Shown piece by piece: positions 57,047-59,648 of a stretch of DNA of 59,648 nucleotides; the first letter of the stretch is position 1, and every line of letters begins with the position of its first letter. Position numbers and translations under genes: made by a program. The notes beneath the pieces were generated by a model that saw nothing but the letters and a program-made list of their open reading frames with translations, was not told the DNA's origin and made no database searches. The DNA is from a virus (lineage: Duplodnaviria > Caudoviricetes): positions 1 to 59,648 of the IMG/VR virus record IMGVR_UViG_3300017761_004576; one strand, given 5' to 3'.

Positions 57047-57768
57047 AAGTTTATATCAGCGAATATCGAGATCATTGGATCTCACCTTACACCATGCTAG
57101 ACTACATGTTCTTCTGGACTGACTGGTCCAAGTGTGCTCGTTGGACTGTGAAACAATCACTTGAAGATCATCGTCGAGAAAAATCTTTGTTTGTGGAACG
57201 TCCAGACTGGTGTGAAAAGTGGAGTGACCGTCTCACACCCATCAGCCGTGGCATCATGTGGGTGCTGGATCGTGTGCATCCAGCCATCAACTATGTAAAG
57301 ATTGACCGTTATGACACCTGGAGCATGGACCATACTCTAAGTCCTATTATCTTGCCCATGTTGAAGCAACTGAAAGAAAAAAAGCATGGCGCACCGTTTG
57401 TGGATGACGAGGATGTGCCTAACGAACTAAAGAGCACCGCCGCGCCGCCCAAAGAAAATGAGTGGGACACAGATGCCAATCACTTTCTTCGTTGGGACTG
57501 GGCCATGGACGAAATGATCTTTGCGTTCGAATGCAAAGTTGACGACTCCTGGCAAGATGCTTTTCGTTCAGGCGAACATGATATCTTGTGGGTGCCAGTA
57601 GATAAAGATGGCAACGAAGTCGCCAAGGGCGAGCACAAGTACTATCAAATGGGACATGGTCCCAAAGACACCTACAAGTGTGACTACGAAGGTATGAAGG
57701 TGGTAGAAGCTCGTATTCAAAACGGCTTCAGACTGTTTGGCAAATACTACCAGGGTCTCTGGGACTGA
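57043..57768 (+). CDS. Conserved phage hypothetical protein (probable ATA start at 57043; first ATG 57094)
   Basis: IDRYDTWSMDHTL, WDWAMDEMIFAF, GFRLFGKYYQGLWD. Confidence 0.75.
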   Translation: MKVYISEYRDHWISPYTMLDYMFFWTDWSKCARWTVKQSLEDHRREKSLFVERPDWCEKWSDRLTPISRGIMWVLDRVHPAINYVKIDRYDTWSMDHTLSPIILPMLKQLKEKKHGAPFVDDEDVPNELKSTAAPPKENEWDTDANHFLRWDWAMDEMIFAFECKVDDSWQDAFRSGEHDILWVPVDKDGNEVAKGEHKYYQMGHGPKDTYKCDYEGMKVVEARIQNGFRLFGKYYQGLWD

Positions 57769-57769
57769 C

Positions 57770-58024
57770 ATGAGCAATAATGTATTTGAGAACATGACTG
57801 CACATTTAATGGCAATTGACAACAAAGTCAACCGCGCATACAGCATTACTGAAGCAGAATACAGTGAGTGGAAGCAAGCATTTACATTCGAAGGTATCAA
57901 AGGATTAAGATACGGTCAGAGTTTTTGCAATCATTTTAACATAACAGATTACGTGCTGTTTTACAAATTGGACTGGCATAGTGCTGACCAACACATAAGG
58001 ACAGTGTATCTTGCGAAACCCTGA
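57770..58024 (+). CDS. Hypothetical protein
   Basis: RYGQSFCNHF motif. Confidence 0.6.
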   Translation: MSNNVFENMTAHLMAIDNKVNRAYSITEAEYSEWKQAFTFEGIKGLRYGQSFCNHFNITDYVLFYKLDWHSADQHIRTVYLAKP

Positions 58025-58241
58025 ATACTCACATGGCATGACCTTGACCTGGCATGATGACTACAATGAGATGTTGCGTTGGAATGAAATGCTGGCTCGT
58101 GTGGTCGAAGTGTTTGGCCTGCCCGGCGCCAGATACATCACAGATGTCAATGCTGACAACATGACTTTTTGGTTTCGCGATCACCGCGATGCTTTGTTAT
58201 TCCGACTATGCCATGGACACGCTGAATTACATTCGGCTTGA
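58011..58241 (+). CDS. Small protein, FxFxDxxDAxxFxL family
   Basis: MTFWFRDHRDALLFRL. Confidence 0.6.
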   Translation: MRNPEYSHGMTLTWHDDYNEMLRWNEMLARVVEVFGLPGARYITDVNADNMTFWFRDHRDALLFRLCHGHAELHSA

Positions 58242-58440
58242 TTGCGGCTCGCAACAGGCCTTGGCATACAAGCACCAGTTGGATCTAGACGGACTCATTG
58301 TGAATCAAGACTATACCTGGCGCTATCAAAAATCTGTGTACAATGATTTTGCTTGGACAGATAGTGAAGTCAGCCATGTGACCTTTACATTTCGAAATCC
58401 TGTACTGGCCACATTTTATCAACTCAAATGGTCGAGATAA
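58213..58440 (+). CDS. Small protein, same family
   Basis: VTFTFRNPVLATFYQLKW. Confidence 0.6.
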   Translation: MDTLNYIRLDCGSQQALAYKHQLDLDGLIVNQDYTWRYQKSVYNDFAWTDSEVSHVTFTFRNPVLATFYQLKWSR

Positions 58441-58475
58441 TAAAATTTGCAAGACACACAATACCTCAATAACTA

Positions 58476-58718
58476 ATGTTGATGAAGAAACATCGACCCA
58501 TTGGTACCATACGGCTCGGCGAAAGTTTTAACCACGCCCAAGAAATTGCACGAACTTTTGGCCAAGTTGATCGAGTGATCGAGTGGTGTAAAACCGAACT
58601 CACAGGTGAGTGGCGCTGGCAAGTGGTCGCATCCAGCAGTGACCGTGCCCCAGGACGCTATGTCTTCTACTTTGATTCAGACCGCGATGCCGCTGCCTTT
58701 GCACTGTTCTGGACATAA
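58476..58718 (+). CDS. Small protein, same family
   Basis: YVFYFDSDRDAAAFALFW. Confidence 0.6.
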   Translation: MLMKKHRPIGTIRLGESFNHAQEIARTFGQVDRVIEWCKTELTGEWRWQVVASSSDRAPGRYVFYFDSDRDAAAFALFWT

Positions 58719-58795
58719 AAACCAATACTTTTTGCTGACTTGACTGAATATTGCTGATCTGCTACACTACGGGTATTGTATTGCAAAGGATTGAC

Positions 58796-59032
58796 ATGAA
58801 TGAGTGGGACCGTAACAACCTGCATTTTATCCTGGATTCGGATGAGGCCACGCTGGAGGACTTTTATTCCTGGGCCACAGAAGATGACTTGGCCTATGCC
58901 TTGAGTCTGGTGCGCGAAGCCAAGACAGAATTACTGATACAAGAAGCCGACATTCTGGACGAACTGTTGACTGCGGCCACAGCGGCGGATGTCTCAGACG
59001 CCAACCGCATGTTAAAGCAGTTTCAACTATGA
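58796..59032 (+). CDS. Acidic hypothetical protein
   Basis: AAGGA RBS; promoter-like TTGACT..TACACT upstream. Confidence 0.65.
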   Translation: MNEWDRNNLHFILDSDEATLEDFYSWATEDDLAYALSLVREAKTELLIQEADILDELLTAATAADVSDANRMLKQFQL

Positions 59033-59364
59033 GCCATCAGTTTTTGATTGTGTGGGACAACCTAGGCCTTGAGTGTTGCATAGACATCACTGAGGACGAG
59101 CAACGGCGCATGTGGCAAACACTGCGGGGCGAGCTAGTGAGTGAGACTACAATTCCCAATCTCAATCACATCATGCTACGTGCCAGGCTCAACAGCCACC
59201 GCCACTATGAGATCTACACTTGTGAAGCCACAGATGGTATCACTGCCGAAGATATTCGAGCGATGTTTGAAGTCAGTCCGCAGACCGCGGCTGACACAAT
59301 TCGACGCTTGGGACACTGTTTGCACAGTGACCGAGCTGAAAAGAACCGGGTGTTGATCACCTAA
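59029..59364 (+). CDS. Hypothetical protein
   Basis: WDNLGLE..LRARLNSHRHYEIY. Confidence 0.65.
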   Translation: MSHQFLIVWDNLGLECCIDITEDEQRRMWQTLRGELVSETTIPNLNHIMLRARLNSHRHYEIYTCEATDGITAEDIRAMFEVSPQTAADTIRRLGHCLHSDRAEKNRVLIT

Positions 59365-59371
59365 CTGAACG

Positions 59372-59584
59372 TTCCGGGTGTCTCCGGATACTGTGACCCG
59401 CAGGATGAGAAGTACAATGACATGTACGGGTGGTAGTCTTTGAACCGAAAGGCCGCTGGCAATGCGAGAACGGACCCTGTCGGGAAGCGGGTGGAAGGTG
59501 TGTGTTACAAGGCATTGAACCAAACGGGGAGCCAAAGTAACAACGGTGCGAGCTGACACACTAAATTACCGCCGGGGGTTGCAG
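59372..59584 (+). ncRNA. Candidate ~210-nt structured ncRNA
   Basis: GC-rich intergenic; closing stem CTGTGACCC/GGGTTGCAG, GNRA hairpin, nested stems. Confidence 0.6.
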
Positions 59585-59594
59585 AGCATCATGA

Positions 59595-59623
59595 TTGACC
59601 AATATTTCCCAATTTGTTATACT
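59595..59623 (+). promoter_or_regulatory. Early promoter (family of 24662)
   Basis: TTGACCAATATTTCCCAATTTGTTATACT then AAGGAG at window end. Confidence 0.8.
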
Positions 59624-59648
59624 ACAAACATCTTAACCAAGGAGCCAG

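Noticed and set aside
59372-59584. tRNA, tmRNA, RNase P or hammerhead
   Set aside because: No T-loop/CCA end, no GAGGAAAGUCC, no CUGAUGA..GAAA core found by eye
1-59648. Bacterial chromosome or prophage
   Set aside because: Host-like genes are interleaved with T4-like primase/helicase, PAAR, tail genes and TAAATA motifs; no integrase or att site seen

Overview
This window is a gene-dense segment of a large lytic dsDNA tailed phage (T4-like or 'huge phage' architecture, standard genetic code). The host is probably a freshwater betaproteobacterium; this is inferred from IscU/IscA, class Ia RNR, phasin-like genes and sigma70/PhoB/PhaR-like sites. Core genes include primase, helicase, PD-(D/E)XK exonuclease, nrdAB, glutaredoxin, DNA ligase, UvsE, a PHP-less mini-DnaE, and tail/PAAR and internal head proteins. 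Host-takeover modules are extensive: ClpX, ClpS, two ClpPs, Hsp20 with a ROSE-like thermometer, bS21 and an unannotated ArfA-like peptide. The best candidate for a new system is a minus-strand 'phage Pho regulon': a plcP-agt (phospholipase C + glycolipid synthase) pair, an outer-membrane barrel and an acidic protein, each preceded by a Pho-box-like repeat, with a UDP-glucose dehydrogenase nearby. This suggests phage-driven replacement of host phospholipids to harvest phosphate. Other highlights are a GH7-like lipoprotein, phasin-like genes behind a PhaR-like operator, two structured ncRNA candidates sharing a motif, a nucleotidyltransferase-ligase fusion, and repeated promoter cassettes. All calls come from reading the sequence and motifs; no searches were run.
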